This document shows, piece by piece, positions 1-12,629 of a stretch of DNA of 64,000 nt. Each line of letters opens with the position of its first letter. Positions within the stretch are counted from its first letter, which is position 1. Position numbers and translations under genes: made by a program. The notes beneath the pieces are model-generated. The model saw nothing but the letters and a program-made list of their open reading frames with translations. It was not told where the DNA came from and ran no database searches. The stretch comes from Squalus acanthias (Eukaryota): NCBI GenBank assembly GCA_030390025.1, contig CM059433.1, positions 24,492,001 to 24,556,000 on the forward strand. Direction: 5' to 3'.

Positions 1-917
1 AGTGCTCTCCAGTTGATGCTTAAATATTAAATCAGAAGTTGAACCATATGATCTTCTAAACTTTAGCCTTTCTACGTGGTTTACAATCAATAAGAGACAA
101 ATGTGCAGAATGTGACCCCCAGCTCCAAAAAATACTTCAAACTGAAAAAAAGGAGGGTTAGAATCTAGTATGTTAATTAGAAATAAACTAAAAGTAAAGT
201 TAAAATATTTTTTTTAACAACAGGAGAGAAGGTGGAGGAGAGCATAAGGGGAAAAAAAGATGCTGAGCAGAAATAGTAAAATTATTTTCAAGTATTTTTG
301 TAATTTAGTGTTAATACTGCAGTACTAAAATTACTTCCTACATCCAAGTAACTTTGTTGCTGTGAGATTAGAGTTTGAATCAGTGTCATGGTGCATGAGG
401 TGAAAATGTTACAAAATGGCTGGCCCAGGAAACTTAGAATTTCTTGCAGTTACTGACAATCCAAAGGTTAAATTAAAAGTATTACCATGTATATTTGAAA
501 CATAAAATGTATCATTGAGAAACAGTTAAGAGTACTAATATTTTAATTGCTTTGTCTTAGCTAGGAAAATTAAACCCCAATAAGAACAAGGTGAATCTGA
601 GATTAGTATACCTAATTTAAATCGGCATTTAAAGCTATACAAGAAAACATGGAAATCCAAAAAGGAAACACTTAATGAAAATGACCTTAATAGCGTTCCA
701 CTATAACGAGAGATAAGGTTACAATCAACACTAAAATGCAACCTCAATCTGTAATATTGTGTTCCTAAAATATTTTATTCCAAAATGCTTGGTGGAAACT
801 TGTAAATTTAATTTGCCACGTTTCTATTTATTGAGGCATGGAGACTATTCTGGGATGTTACTATGAGATTTTAAACACTTACTTCATATTAATGCTTTGT
901 AATGACTATAGTGTTAC

Positions 918-2089
918 CTGCAGAAGTTGCTCACAGCATGCTTGGCCTGATTCCTGGCATCGTTTTGATCTTCTCCACCAGCAACATACAGGAATCCATC
1001 CATCACAGCCACACATTGATTGAAGCTCTTATAAGGCATTTCAGCAAGTTTGTTCCAAACACGTTCAGGATCTCTGTATACAATATCTCTGCTGAGTGAC
1101 TTTTCTGTTAGTGCGGGACGGCCGCCCACCATTACTAGAACTCTGAGGCCACTGCGAACTTTTGTTCTTCTGGACTGTAAGGTGTTCTGTTGATAGGGAA
1201 GCAGGTGATAGTTCATGGCCTCGACCAGAAATTTGTGACATTCTAGGTCTTGCATCATTCTAGGCACAGTCTGAACATAGTTCACCAGGTCTTGTGCGGA
1301 GATGGTACCAAACCGAATGGTGTTCAGTAGATCTGCTGCATACTTAACCCTTTTATTGTCAAAATCCAGCCATTTCATTGCAATCTGGAATGCTGTGATT
1401 TCTGATGGCAACTGCAGGTTATCATCCAGCATAAATTCCATTATTTGTTCAAAGGTGAGTTTCAAGAACTGGTCCCTTTCTGAAAACTCTAGGAAATTGT
1501 CACTCATGAATTTATGTGCTGCTTCCTTGGTAGTTTTGAGTCCATAAGTTTCTGCAATGTTCGCAATGTACATGCAATTCTCAACATTGATTTCCTGCAT
1601 CAAAAAGTCACAGCACATCTTTATGAGAGAGTGAATCTGCAGCAGGTTGGCTGTTGCTATTGTGCTACCAATGGTATACAACGACAGTGTTATCTTTCCA
1701 CAATAGGCATAAGTAATAACTGTGACAAGACCAACTGGAGATATGTCACTGAGGTCTACTCTTTGGGTGGATGGGTCTTTCTTCAGAATATTCCTGAAGT
1801 ACTCACTGCAAGAAGCCATCACTACTTTGTGAACATCAAAAGATTTGGCTTTTGTAGCAATGGTTAAATCACACAGAAACATTTCTTGTCTCATTCCGCT
1901 GAGTGCTTCTAAGAGACTGGAGCTGTAAGATGGGTTGGATATCTCAGTGGAAATACAGCTAAAACCATTGCCTCCATCTAAAAGGCTATTCATGCCATTC
2001 AAATGGATGATTGTACTTTCTTCCACAATGACAGTCGTCTCCTTGTTCTCTGCTTTACTCTTTTTAACGTTTTTCTTCTTTGGTGCCAT
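918..2089 (-). CDS. KLHL31: Kelch-like protein 31, first coding exon (BTB + BACK + start of Kelch repeats); remainder of gene is left of the window
   Basis: The [13 protein letters not shown]...[28 protein letters not shown] (BTB)...[17 protein letters not shown] (BACK)...[26 protein letters not shown] is closely colinear with vertebrate KLHL31 as I recall it. Minus-strand donor AG|GTAAC at 918/917 (phase 2; the ORF 'stop' is the intronic GTAA). Minus-strand acceptor ttccag| at 2118 leaves 28 nt of 5'UTR (2117-2090). Confidence 0.96.
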
Positions 2090-3107
2090 GACTGTAATGC
2101 TGTGTCACAGTCACAATCTGGAACATATGTATTTATTTACAAACTTAGTACGTAACTCTGTAATGCTCTCATTAAATGCATAAATATTTAAAAGTCCGAA
2201 TAAATTGTAGACATATAACATGCATTATAATTATGGAACTTGGATTGCAATTCTCCTCCCCCAGTAAAAGAAAATCTTGCAGTTTTCTTTGATTTATTAA
2301 TATACTAAACATGATAAGCAATCTTAAAGTCAAAAGAAAAAAATTGTAAATTTTGAAAATCTGAAAAATCAGAAAATGCTGGAAATGCACACCAGGTCAC
2401 TGCTGTGCATTTCCAGCAATTTCTGTTTTTACTTTGATCTTTAAGTAATATTGTCATAAGAATAAACATTTTTTTACAAAGCTCTTTTACACCACTGAAG
2501 TTACTTTATCTACATATTTCCAAGATCACAAACCTTAGTTTCTACACAATCAAGTTTCGTGTTAATTAACTGAACATTGATGCATGTTAACTTTATTAAT
2601 GTTGAACAATACAATGAGAAATATAGTGGTTTCAATAATACTGGAACAATCAAAAAGCACATATCAAGCTATAGTAATTAATAAGATGCTGTGGAATCTC
2701 AAATTGTATACAATAGTATACCAGCTTTGGATTTCCTCAGCATCAGTTGCAAAAGGAGCCCTGAAACAGGCACCATCAGCTTGAATAAGGAGGATCCGGG
2801 AAGCCGAGTAGGCCAGCCTGGGCCCAGATTGAACACCCACCAGTGCTATACCACACAGTGCATTATTCACTGAACCTTTGGGAAAGCTCCAGAACTGAGT
2901 TGAATGCCTACTGCTCTCAAGAGTGCAACAACGTATACTTTCCATATTTTACAAACTGCATTGAAATTGCCTTTTATTTCAATTTTCAAGTAACCATAAG
3001 CCAAAACTTTCCAAATCAGTAAATATTTCATTCATGGTAAAGTGAAATGCAGAATTTATTCTTGAGTAGCAAAATCTTTCAGTACAAATGACATAAAACC
3101 ATAAAAC

Positions 3108-3318
3108 AAATAGCAAAATACTGCAGGTCCTGGAAATCTGAACTAAAAACAGAAAATGTTGTAAATACTCAGCAGGCCAGGCAGCATCTGTGGCGAGAGA
3201 AAGGTGGGATTAACGTTTCAGGTCGATGACCTTTCAGACTCAAGGTTCTGATGAAAGGTCATCAACTTGAAATGTTAACTCGACCTGCTGAGTGTTTCCA
3301 GCATTTTCTGAAATAAAA
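3108..3318. mobile_element. Inverted pair of Penelope-like terminal-repeat fragments (palindromic non-autonomous remnant)
   Basis: The left half (aaatactgcagg..ggaaatctgaa..tactcagcagg..gcagcatctgtgg..ttaacgtttcaggtcgatgacc) matches 44873-45006. The right half is the reverse complement (ctgatgaaaggtcatc..gaaatgttaac..cctgctgagtgtttccagcattttctg). Confidence 0.75.
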
Positions 3319-3748
3319 AAAGACTTGCAATTATGTAGCACCTTTAATGACCTCAGGATGTGCCAAAGCGCTTTACAGCCAAGTGTAGTCAATGTTGTAA
3401 TGTAGGAAACACGGCAGCCAATTTGTGCACAGCAACTTCCCACAAACATTAATGTGATAATGGCCAGATCAAATGTTTTAGGTGATGTTGGTTGAGGGAT
3501 AAATGTTGACCAGGACACTGGGAAGAAGTCCCCTGCTCTTCTTCAAAATAGTGCCACAGGATCTTTTACGTCCACCTGAGAGAGCAGACAGGGCTTCGGC
3601 TTAATGTCTCATCCAAAAGACGGCACCTCCAACAGTGCAGGCACTCCCTCAGCACTGCACTAGATATTTTTGCTCAAGTCTCTGGAGCAGGTCTTGAACC
3701 CATAACCTTCTGACTCAGAGGTGAGAGTGCTACCCACTGAGCCATGGC
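3315..3748 (-). mobile_element. tRNA-derived Deu-domain SINE (SacSINE1/AmnSINE-related)
   Basis: Diverged reverse-complement copy of 62528-62996. Confidence 0.85.
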
Positions 3749-4366
3749 CATGTTGTACAGTGTTACCGAGTATCATATTCAGACAATACATACATTAAGA
3801 ATGAAACAGGTTCCCTTGTAACTCAGCCAGTTTACCTGGAGAGTAGCTGAGCAACATGAACCAGCAAGATCCCAAATTTGATCTGCAGTCCATGTTGCAT
3901 GAGTTGATCTCAGCCAAGGATGTGGTAGGGTGCTATAACTTGGGTGGGGAAGGAAACAACAGTCTGGGGTCGTGCATGTGTGGACTCTGGGTGAGGACAG
4001 GATTGAGCTCAGTGCTCCTGTGATGAGGTTGAATAGCTTGCCGACACTCACCGTCAAGGCTCACACATGAATAACAGCCACGTAGGCAGGATTCTGGAGG
4101 GTTGTGCAATCGAATCCCATCAAGAAAACCGAGAGGAGAGGAAGTGAGGAAAGAAAATTTGTGAGAGATAAGAGTTTAGAACTTTAGATTTTTGTTTGTC
4201 ATCACACAATTTGTTCTAAACACAATTATTAAACTATGTTTATACCTAAAGATCACATGTGGTTTAAAATGGCAAAAATCATTAACTTAACCTGGTAAAG
4301 GAACTCTCTTAAAATAATTAATAAACAACATACGAACTACAAGTCTGAAGTAAAAACTAGGATTTT

Positions 4367-4842
4367 AAAAGAAAGAAAAGAAAGACTTGCATTTATATAG
4401 CGCCTTTCACGACCACCGGACATCTCAAAGCGCTTTACAGTCACTGAAGTACTTTTGAAGTGGAGTCACTGTTGTAATGTGGGAAATGCGGCAGCCAACT
4501 TGCGCTCAGCAAGCTCCCACAAACAGCAATGTGATAATGACCAGATAATCTGTTTTTGTTATGTTGGTTGAGGGATAAATATTGGTAAGGACACCGGGGA
4601 TAACTCCCCTACTCTTCTTCGAAATAGTGCCATGGGATCTTTTACATCCACCTGAGAGAGCAGACAGGGCCTCGGTTTAACGTCTCATCCGAAAGACGGC
4701 ACCTCTGACAGTACAGCACTCCCTCAGCACCGCACTGGAGTGTCAACCTAGCTTTATGTGCTCAAGTCCCTGGAGTGGGACTTGAACCCACAACCTTCTG
4801 ACTCAGAGGCGAGTGTGTTACCAACTGAGCCACAGCTGACAC
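4367..4842 (-). mobile_element. Full-length tRNA-derived Deu-domain SINE
   Basis: The reverse complement begins gtgtcagctgtggctcagttggtaac (A box)...gggttcaagtccc (B box), contains the Deu core ggatgagacgttaaaccgagg..aagatcccatggcact, and ends gcgctatataaatgcaagtc(tttc)n. Confidence 0.9.
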
Positions 4843-5629
4843 TGTTCAAAAACGTTCAAAATAACATTAAAAAAATTAAAGTGTAGTTTTAATCGCTGAT
4901 ATTCTGGTACGCAATCAACACATGGAATAGCTGGCAAAGGAATAAGGTCTGTGTGAGCTGAAGATTCAGCCCCCTACATTCCTTCTCTCCTTGCATCTGC
5001 TAAAGTACATCACTCAGCTCCAGAAATAGTAACACTGCAGCTCAGACCCCAGCAGCTCTCTCAGGGCTTTCCATATTAAGATTGGTTCAAATAAAGATAC
5101 TGCCATTCTGGCAAAAGGTGGTGGTGGGGGGAGGGTCTACATTTCATTCATTATAATTAGTTTATCAGCATAAAACAGTTACTTTAAACCAAAGTGAATA
5201 ATTTACTTCAAAAGGGAATTATCTCATGCACTAAAGTTAAAGATCTTAATTCATGTACAAGCACACAATGAGTTTTTTAAAACTGATGTTACAAGTAAAG
5301 GCATGACAAAAACTTAAAGCTTGTCATCGTCTAATACTTTAATTTAACAATCTCTAACATAAGCTGGTATACAGTAAATCCATTATTAGCAATTACGAGA
5401 TTTATAAATTCGAATTAACATAACTGATTTTTTTCTTAATAAAAGAATGTTTAGTTGTATACACGCGTTCCTCGTGAAATTTAAACTTCAAATATAAACC
5501 TACAGGTTGCTGTACATAGTTTTTAAATGGTGGAATACAAAGTTATTGCAATTTAACGGACCACCGATTTCACACATTTTGAAAGCCTACCCCTAATGAT
5601 GAACTTTCTTTTTTCCTGTAAGTATTAGA

Positions 5630-5842
5630 AGACGGCAGCGTGTTCTCTTGCCGCTATTGCTGAAGACTGTAAGGGCAAAGCCGGCGTCGGGTCGGTAAAA
5701 AAAAATGATTCTGCGCATTGCATCTCTGTTAAATCAGGAGACTGGGTGACTGTGAACGCGTTTCCGGGAGTGGAGCCTCAGTTCACTCACTCACAGCAGC
5801 CTCAGGTGAACAACCTGTGTGCTCATTCTGGGCGAGCCAGGT
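5630..5842 (+). promoter_or_regulatory. Probable promoter/5'UTR of the Elongin A-like gene
   Basis: Local cluster of CpGs (gacggcagcg, gccggcgtcgggtcgg, tgcgca, aacgcgtttccggg) in otherwise CpG-poor unique DNA, directly upstream of ATG 5843. TSS not determinable. Confidence 0.55.
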
Positions 5843-5914
5843 ATGGCAGAAGAGATAGTGCAAAATATATTGCATCTGAAAGAGCGGCTCGTCGAGGTCA
5901 GCGACCCAAATAAG
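5843..5914 (+). CDS. eloal: Elongin A-like gene, coding exon 1 (MAEEIVQNILHLKERLVEVSDPNK; start of TFIIS N-terminal/TND domain)
   Basis: ATG in good context (ggtATGG), 24 codons, donor AAG|GTGTGT at 5915, phase 0. Resembles the Elongin A N-terminus and follows a locally CpG-rich region. Confidence 0.85.
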
Positions 5915-7784
5915 GTGTGTTTGTGGGGTAATAGTTCCAAAGTGAACTGTCCCCATATTGTAATTGTTCAGAACATTGTTACCTCCACAGGGCTACTTTG
6001 GTTCTGTATTGTACACTGCTAAATCTGATAAGACCCCCGCTGTCTAAATAATCTGTTTCCTGAAAAGATCATCAACCATTTTTGCAAATTAGGTGATGTT
6101 ACAAAATTCGGGTCTTCCATCAGTACCTTGTTGGGTTCAGTTGTTCCCTGTAGTTTTATTGGAGCTGCCTGATACTGCCCTATATCTACTTGTACAATAG
6201 CATAATCTTGGATAGAATAGTAATATAATAGTAACACTGTCTTGTGACCTGAACTGAATTTTTGTGTCTTTTCCATGGCTATTTCTTCACTCTCCTGAAG
6301 GTAGATGAAATAAACTTAGTGAAACCAAGTTTGATAGGAATTTTCTAGCTGCCTTTTTACGACATGTAGAGCACCAGTTAGGATCAGATTCACCATTCAA
6401 TTGGTACAACTTATCTTCATTTAATATAAAATAAAATAAAAAAAGTAGTGTGCTTCCCCATGTCAGCTTACTCGACATAAGCAAGATGTCTAGATATCCT
6501 CTTGCATTTCTAACCTCTTCACCTCAGTGAAAACTCCCAAACTTCCCCTTTAACGAAATTGACTGCCCTCACAGCTTTCCTCTTTCCAAAGCCTCATTTT
6601 CTGTGTATCTTGTTTTTTTGAAATTCCATCTTCACTGGTAGAGATCAAAGAGCTTTTTTAACACACTGGGTGTGAGGTGCTCTTCAATTACTCAGACAAG
6701 CTAACCAATTACTTATTGTTCAGTTTCTGGGTGAAACAACTTCTGTTCAGCATATTAACCACCTTTTCGTCTGCAGACAGGAAACTGAGATTCTTGCCAA
6801 GTAGTACCTGGTGGTGTCTGCATTGGCCTGAACTTGATTCTTGACTATAGTGTGAACTTGCGTGGTCGCCAAATAAATTTGTACAAACGTGATTCGGTCC
6901 GCTTGGTAAGCCGTATGCATTTGGTCTATTTTATCAAGTTAAGCTTCTTATTGCATGTCCAGTTGTGGCTTTTCCAGTGAGTGAGAGGATGGCTGTGGAG
7001 GCAGAAGCTTGAGAACATAATGTAGCCTATTCTGCATGGGAGCTACTGTAGCTGCCTGATTTTCTAAGATCATTTTTGGCCTATACTAGTTGAACCAGTG
7101 GCTGCACATTTATCAATCTGAAGGTGGTGGGGGAAGAAAATGGTAGAAAATCCCGCAGGTAAAGGGGCAGTACAGTAGTGTGCGCTACTATTAAAAATAG
7201 AAGTGTATTACTTTAGCCATTAACTCTCACCACTTTACTCATGCCTCACTGCAACGTACCCCTATCAGCCCCTGTTCCATTCATTGCGACTCCTCGGCCG
7301 ATCTTCCATCCTGCTGCTTCACAGGCTCAAGTTCCTCCTGCATGAGCCCATGGCTTCTCTCTGCTTTGCCCTAGGCAATTAGCTCTATTAGTTGTCCCAA
7401 AGTAGCTAACTATAATTTCTTCTTCTCTCTCCCCCGCCCCCCCGGCCCAACAGGTCACCTGGTGTAAAGTTCTATTTCCCTGTTTCTCTCTTCACTCCCC
7501 TGCCCATTGCCTCCCTTGGCAGGCCTTCCACCATCAGCCCACTGTGAGCTGCCCCTTAAAATGCCTGCTCCCTTGCAAATGAGACCCTTCCCATCCATGA
7601 CCTAGTCCAGGATGAGTCCACTGACATCCTAGATCAAACCAAATTCTTTCTCCCTGATAGTGATGCCATTCCTCCCCATATTAAGGCCATTCTGTCGCAT
7701 ACCCACAGTGGCGAAGCTCTCCTATCTACTCCCAACTCTCTTTCTAGCACTCACTCCAACCCCATCCCTTCTTTTGGATGAGCT

Positions 7785-8080
7785 GTTAAACCACGGTCCT
7801 ATCTACTCTCTCAGGTAAACTTAAAAGATCCAATGGCACTACTTAAAGAAGAGCAGGGGTTTTTTTTCTTGGTGTCCTGCAAATATTTATCCCTCAATCA
7901 CCATCAGTAAAAACAGATTATCCGGTCATTTTACTCATTGCTGTTTCTGGGACTTTGGGTGTAACTTGGCTGCCACATTTCCTTACATTACAACTTGTGA
8001 CTTCAAAAGTACTTAATTGGCTGTGAAGTGCTTTGAGGTCATGAAAGGTGTCATAAAAATGCAAGTTTGTTCTTTTCTAG
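7785..8080 (+). mobile_element. 5'-truncated Deu-domain SINE
   Basis: Diverged match to the core and tail of 62528-62996. Confidence 0.75.
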
Positions 8081-8299
8081 TTCTCCACTCTATTGACCTA
8101 TCGAAAGCGCCCTTGTTTCTATTTTCAATCCCCTTATTTCCATCCAATCCCTTGTGGTCTTCCACCCCTGCTGCTCCCAGTGGTAAAATACTCACCTTCA
8201 CGTTCTCCAATCTGAGTGTCACAGACTCCAGTGCACACTACAAATGACTGACCACCTTGTCTGTTGCCAGATTTGACTCAACTTTCTGAAATCTTTTGC

Positions 8300-9046
8300 A
8301 GTAGAAATAAGGGGGAAGCTTTCAGCGCTCACCACTATTGAAGTGTAAATTGGACAGCAACTTCCAGCTACCACACATGTGGAAATCAGGAAGTTGCTGT
8401 CTGAGTTGCCCTGCTCCTCCAGAAACTTCGCTATAATGGTATCTCGCCGAGAGACTCAGCATTGAAATACATGGCAGGGTGTGAAGTTGCTACACTTATG
8501 TGATAGATACACACTAAACTTGCCAGAAAAGGTTAGGGCTTGTCCATTCCAGTGTAAGTAGATTTTTAACATGATGAGTCTTAATTACTGCTTAAACAAC
8601 CTCTCGGGCACTGAAAATTAATTTTTTACAAGTGTGGAGTCTCATTCTTTCAGCTTTTAATTATTGTTGGAGATTTTAAATAAAAGCATTTAAATGCATT
8701 TTTTTGCTGCTTTCTGTATTCTCTCTCTCTCTCTCTCTCTCAATCCCACCTTTCTTTCCCTCTCTCTTTCACTTTCTGTACCTGATTTGACATTAAATAT
8801 TCTTAATTGACACTTCCTGGTTGAGACTCTGCGCTGCTCAGTAACCATTCTTTAATCTGATTGGTTAAGGAGTTGCACAGTTGCTTACCCTGTTCACACA
8901 GGTCTCAGATCCCCTGTAGAGGGTGCTGTACCAAAATGGCTTTCTAATCACATCAAGTTCCAGTGCAAAAGCCCATAGAAAGTCTGCGGGCAAGTGTAAT
9001 GAACGGCTGTGCTATTCGTTCACTGCTGACCGCATAATCCAGGCCA
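8300..9046. mobile_element. Old MITE-like non-autonomous DNA element (probably PIF/Harbinger-related)
   Basis: Ends in ccgcataatccaggcc, like the aaattcaggccc terminus of 24038-24785. Internal segments resemble 38380-39070. Confidence 0.45.
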
Positions 9047-9225
9047 ATATCTCCTCCTTTATGTACGACCAAATGCTCTATTAGTCCAGGATTGTCATTG
9101 GCAAGAGCAATCCTGAACTCGTCACTGATAACTGCCTATTCAGGCTCCCTCCTCTAACACTATCATTCTCACAGCTGATGACTGTTGCAAGGAGCTGCTG
9201 AATTTTTATGTCTCCAAAATTGAGG

Positions 9226-9660
9226 CTATATGTTCAGTTGGTAGCACCCTTGCTTCTGAGTCAGAAGGTTGTGGGTTCATTTCCCGCTCCAGACCCTTGA
9301 GCACAAAAATCTAGGCTGACACTCCCGTGCAGTACTGAGGGAGTGATGCACTGTCGGAGGTGCTGTCTTTAGGATGAGATGTTAAACCGAGGCCCTGTCT
9401 GCGCTCTCAGGTGGACATATAAGATCCCATGGCACCATTTTGAAGAAGAGAAGGGGAGTTATCCCCGGTGTCCTGGCCAATATTTATCCCTCAAACAACA
9501 TCATTAAAACAGATTATCTGGTCATTATCACACTGCTGTTTGTGGGAGCTTGCTGTGCGCAAATTGCCGGCCCCATTTCCTCCACTTTTTAAAAAGTATT
9601 TCATTGGCTGTAAAGTGTTTTGGAACGTCCTGTGGTCATAAAGTGCTATATAAATGCAAA
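9226..9660 (+). mobile_element. Deu-domain SINE
   Basis: tcagttggtagcac..tctgagtcagaaggttgtgggttc head, Deu core, tail gctatataaatgcaa. Confidence 0.88.
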
Positions 9661-9699
9661 TTGCCTCAGCCACCTCTCCTCCCTCTGCCCTCCCTATGT

Positions 9700-11120
9700 G
9701 AAGGTCAACCCCCTCTGATCACTCGAGCGTCTTCTGTATCTCCATCCTAGCCCTCTTCACGTCGATGTCCTGCGCCTGATCCATCACTTGATCAGCTATT
9801 CCCTCTCTCTGACTATTGTTTTTCCTCAACTACCTTCCCTTGTTTAAAATTGCTGAATTTGTTCCACTCTTTTTAAAAAAAAAAAGCCTATCCTTGACCC
9901 ATCTCCAATCTCCTCTTCCTCTAAAGTCCTGGAATATGTTATCACCCACCTGCATGCCCATCTCTCCCACCATTCCATTCAAATCCCTTTGATCTGGCTT
10001 CTCTCCCACCCAGAGTACTGAGAGAAACTTTGTCAAAGTCATCAACAACATTCTATATGATTACAACCATAATGTGTTATTTCTCATCCTGCCTATGGCT
10101 TGCAGCATGGTTAATCACACTATCCTTCTCCACTTACTCTTCTCCATAGTATAAATCCATGGCAGTGCCCATACTTGGCTCCATTCATGCCTGTCCCAAT
10201 GCAGCCTACACAATTCCTTGATTGGTTTCTTTTCCTGAATGCCCCAAGGCTCCATCCTTGCTCCTCTCTATCGTATCTGTTTGTTACTCCTCAGCAATAT
10301 TCTCCATAGGCATGCAGTCAGTTTTATATGTCTGCTGTTTTACCTCCATCATTACCCTTGATACCATAACTGTTGCTGGGTCAACTGATTCTTTGACATC
10401 AAGTTGCAGGTGAGCCAGAGATTTTCACAGCTAATCATTGGCAAAACTGAAACCAGCCTGTTTTGAGTCCCAATGGAAATTCTGTGCGATGGTCCCTTGA
10501 TCCCATCCCTCTGCCTGGATACTCGCTCGAGCTCCGTTCAGTGGTGTGCAATCTGGGTATCCTGCTTAACCCCGTGCTGTACTTCAAACCGCATGTTCAG
10601 TCAGTCCATCACCAAGACTGTCTGCTTCCATCTCCTGTCTACATCCCTGGCTCGCCTCCACTGCTGCTGAAGCCTTCATTCATGACTTTGTAAACGCTAG
10701 ACTTGCCTTTTCCAGCAGTCTCCTTGCCATTCTCCCAAGCTCCCCAAACTAAAAGTTGATTGATCTAGAACTTCACTGTCTATATTTTGTTCTGCACTAA
10801 GTCCTGCTTATCTATCATCTGTGTCCTTGACCGCCTCAACTGGTTTTCCCTTCCTCTTGCCTCAATTAAAAAGCCCATCCTCACTGCAAATCTCCCCATG
10901 GCCTTGTTCCAGCTGACCTATGATCTTCTTCAGCTCTTTATCCTGTTGATGTCCTCCTTTTTTCCAAATCTGGCCGAATGTGCTTTTCCCTCTCCCTCTG
11001 CTTGCTTACCTGTTGATGATGGAGCCTTCAGCCATCTTGCCACCATACTCGCTCCTTCTGCCTGACTCCCAATGGTAAATTGTGCTATATTAAAAGTCTT
11101 TATAAATGCAAGTTGTTTTA
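9700..11120 (+). mobile_element. Old degraded L2 LINE
   Basis: Diverged similarity to 56660-58420 along its length; ends ttaaaagtctttataaatgcaagttgtt. Confidence 0.65.
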
Positions 11121-11256
11121 AAAATGCCATCTTATTCTTAAAATCTCACGGCAAATAGATGAAATTCTTTAAATGACAATGAAGGCACAAAAAATCCTTG
11201 TCTCATCCTTTTTGCTTCTGATGTACTTCGTAAACATATATGTTTGAAACAAACTA

Positions 11257-12484
11257 CATGTTTGGACCCCTCCAATCAGGTTTCCGCCCCTGCCACAGCA
11301 TTGAAACAGCCCTTATCAGAGTCACAAATTACATCTTCTGTGACTGTGGTAAACTATCTCTGTTCATCCTTCTCGACCTATCTGCAGCCTTTGACATGGT
11401 TGACCACACCGTCCTCCAACGCCTCTACTCTGTCGTCCAGCTGGGTGGAACTACACTCGCCTGTTTCCATTCATATCTATCCAGTCGTAGCCAGAGAATC
11501 ACCTGCAATGGCTTCTCTTCCCACTCACGCACGGTTACCTCTGGAATCCCCCAAGGATCTATCCTTCGCCCCCTTGGCAACTTCATCCGAAAACACGTCA
11601 GGTTCCACATGTCACTGACGACACCCAGCTATGCCCCTCATTGTCTTGATTTGTCACACTGCTTGTCTGACATCCTCCAGTATTGGATGAGCAGAAATTT
11701 CCCCCAATTAAATATTGAGAAGACCGAAGCCATTGTCTTCGGTCCCCGCCACAAACTCTGTTCCCTAGTCGCCAACTCCATCCTTCTCCCTGGCCACTGT
11801 CTGAGGCTGAACCAGACTGTTATCCGCCCCCATATCCTCTCTATCTACTTCCACCTCCGTAGCATCGCCCATTTTCGTCTTGCCTCAGCTCATCCGCTGC
11901 TGAAACCCTCATCTATGCCTTTGTTACCTCTAGACTTGGCTATTCCAATGCTCTCCTGGCCGGCATCCTACCTTGCACCCTCTGTAAACTTGAGCTCATC
12001 CAAAACTCTGCTGCCCGTATCCTAACTCGCACCAAGTCCCGTTCACCCATCAGCCCTGTGCTTGCTGACCTACATTGGCTCCCGGTCCGAAATGCCTCGA
12101 TTTTAAAATTCTCAACCTTGTTTTCAAATCCCTATCTCTGTAACCTCCTCCAGCATTACAACCCTCTCGGATCTCTACGCTCCTCCAATGCTGGCCCATT
12201 GCGCATTCCAGATTTTCATCGCTCCACCATTGACGGCCGTGGCTTCAGCTGCTCGAAGCTCTAGAATTTGCTCCCTAAACCTCTACACCTCCCTCTTCCT
12301 TTAAGACACTCCTTAAAACCTACCTCTTTGATCAAACTTTTGGTTTTCTGTCCTAAATAGCTGCTTATGTGGTTCGGTGTCATAATCGCTTGATTTGTTT
12401 GATAACTGCTCCTGTGAAGTGCCTTGGGACGTTTTACTACATTAAAGGTGCGATATAAATACAAGTTGTTGTTGTTGTTGTTGT
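11257..12484 (+). mobile_element. L2-clade LINE, 5'-truncated with internal deletions (RT remnants)
   Basis: QSGFRPCHSIETAL, LLDLSAAFD, GIPQGSIL motifs; 3' end ttgggacgttttactacattaaaggtgcgatataaat + (GTT)n. Confidence 0.9.
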
Positions 12485-12629
12485 ATCCCATATTATCTGA
12501 TGTAGTATTCCTTTAATGTGTTTTAATGCATACTATGATCACTGATCCTGCAAACGTGTTTATCTTTCAAGTTCCTTAACATAGGTAAAACTAAGTCATA
12601 GTTTAGTGCACAAGTATGAATAGCAGTAG

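Noticed and set aside
5915..6022. ORF-track extensions beyond splice sites (also 31473-31564, 32517-32558, 59743-59840)
   Set aside because: Homology ends at canonical GT/AG sites; the extensions are intronic read-through.
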